Translations under genes and position numbers: made by a program | Notes under the pieces: model-generated | Seen by the model: only the letters and a program-made list of their open reading frames with translations | Told to the model about the DNA's origin: nothing | The model's database searches: none | From: Chrysomallon squamiferum | Lineage: Eukaryota; Animalia; Mollusca | DNA length: 64,000 bases | Direction of reading: 5' to 3' | Assembly (NCBI GenBank): GCA_012295275.1 | Contig: CM022670.1 | Location: forward strand, 39,990,001-40,054,000 | Shown: one piece after another, positions 61,908-64,000 of the stretch | How the letters are laid out: every line of letters begins with the position of its first letter | Position numbering within the stretch: position 1 is the stretch's first letter

Positions 61908-62354
61908 TATCTATCTATGAAACAGAAATGACAAACACATAAATAAACAATAATATTTAAATCCCTTACAAACAATTTTTTTTTATGCAACATGTTAATT
62001 ATATATGTGTGTATATGTGTATATATGTATGTATGTATGTATGTATATATGTGTGTGTGAGTGTGTGCCTATATGTAAGTGTCCGACTGTCTGTCTGTAT
62101 GTATGTATGTAATTGAAATATTAAAATAAAATTAAAAGGAAAAGGAAATATACACATAATGAGGCAAATGCGAATGATGACGGGAAGATAACTATGAAAT
62201 CAAAATCAGAAAGTAAGAAAAAGAATTATGCAGCCATGTTATGCTGAAAAGGCGACAGAAATTAAAAAAATAAATAAAAAATAAATAAATAATTCAATTA
62301 ATTCAATTAAATTAAATTAAAAAAAAAAAAAATAATAATAATAAACCGGCCTTG

Positions 62355-62390
<36 letters not shown>

Positions 62391-62648
62391 TATATATATA
62401 TATATATATATATATAGGCTGAGGAATAACAATTTTTATATATCCTTGGCATACAAAATAATGTAAAAATATTTTTGAAATATATCGAGCAAAATATTTT
62501 AACTTAAATTCCCACCTCGGTGTTGAATTTATAAACTGCAGTCACCAAATGCTTCGGTTGTGAATATTTTATTTGTGTCACTGTCACAGTTTACTCACAG
62601 TTATCGCTAAATTCCCAAGTGAAACCAGGCCATGATCCTATAACAGTT

Positions 62649-62734
<86 letters not shown>

Positions 62735-62920
62735 CTGTGATGATTCTTCATAAACAAAACAAATTCAGAACTAAATAAAAAAAAAGATACATACACATAC
62801 AAATGTAATAATATATATTTATGAAAACAATAATCATAATTATCATTCATTCATTCATTAATAAAATAATAATAATAATAATAATTTTAAGTTAATACGA
62901 CTTATATATTATTTTTAAAT

Positions 62921-62960
<40 letters not shown>

Positions 62961-63159
62961 AATCGATACTACGGAAAAGTTGAAACATTCACGACACGAT
63001 GAGAAATTTGAGAAAACAAATTCGTTTTGAAATGTCAAATTAATGTCATTTTAACATAAAATATCGATAAACCATCTTCCTGTGACAGCAGACAAATGAA
63101 CCCCTTCAACCTTCGAATTTAATATTGATAAAATAATGTGAATAACATTTGACCATGAC

Positions 63160-63200
<41 letters not shown>

Positions 63201-64000
63201 CACTTATGCATACTTGTCTACTTTAATGTCAAAATGTACCTTCTGGTGACAAAAAAATGTTTTAAAAGTATTGGTTCTGCTTGTATCTGGGGATATGTCA
63301 CTCATGAATAATACCACATGAAGTCGTGTATAAAGTATTACATAAATAAACAATTTTGGTGTTTCGTTACTTCATGTTATATTACTGAATAGAACTTCTT
63401 AAATTATCATTCAACCTGGAATATTTAACACACGCATGTAAATTTCCGTACATTTCCGTACGTTTTCGTTAATTTTCGTCTTCCTCTTTCTCTGACTGCG
63501 TTCATCCCCAAATTGTTTTACTGACTACTGTGCGGGACCATTCACAAGGTTAAAAACTCCTGATTTAAAATATTTTTAACAAATATTATGTTGCAAAATC
63601 GGTTGCGAAGTTTGACGTACGTATTTCGCAGTCATTTTGTTTTCCTTGTCCTTTGAAGTTAACATGACAGAGATGCGTTGTTCAAGTGGTGAAAATCCTA
63701 CCACAGATTATATTCAATATTAAATTAATACTTAACCAATACAGAAAGTTTATTATCTCTAATTCCAACAACAACAAAAAAAAAAAAAAAATTAAAAATT
63801 AAAAATTAAAAAAATTAAAAATAAATAAAAATTAAAAAATTAAAAAATTAAATAAAAACCGTAATTTTGTTTAATATATTATATTTACATTTAGCTTGTG
63901 CCTTTAGATGGAAGCTAAATAATTTATTCATTGTACAAATAATGGACCTGAAGTCATGTGAATACATGCAATAAAATAATAAAAAATAATAAATAAATAA

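Overview
AT-rich, microsatellite-rich animal genomic DNA with GT-AG introns, most likely a mollusc or other lophotrochozoan (inference). It is not prokaryotic: no rRNA, tRNA or CRISPR array was found. Hand-spliced gene models from left to right: (1) the 3' part of a small secreted Cys-rich protein (+, 589-1542); (2) a complete 4-exon cGAS-like receptor/Mab-21 nucleotidyltransferase with the catalytic GS and E-D-D residues intact (-, 2338-4393); (3) an ERICH1-like Lys/Arg-rich protein (-, 7385-8637); (4) the intronless Mos kinase, split by a -1 frame break (+, 9981-11026); (5) BABAM1/MERIT40 (-, 12105-15080); (6) membralin/TMEM259 (+, 16732-22745), followed by a stranded repeat-rich C-terminal ORF; (7) hillarin, a LIM + coiled-coil + transglutaminase-like protein (-, 28476-59277) with an 18-kb first intron. 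There are also two MITEs and several minisatellites. The most notable locus is the cGLR: it lacks the cGAS Zn ribbon, carries a ~30-aa insertion, has a candidate 21-nt in-frame micro-exon inside its activation loop, and sits under a duplicated upstream region with NF-kB and IRF-like sites. Four single-base frame breaks in conserved genes suggest uncorrected long-read indels. Family assignments come from recalled motifs, not database searches.
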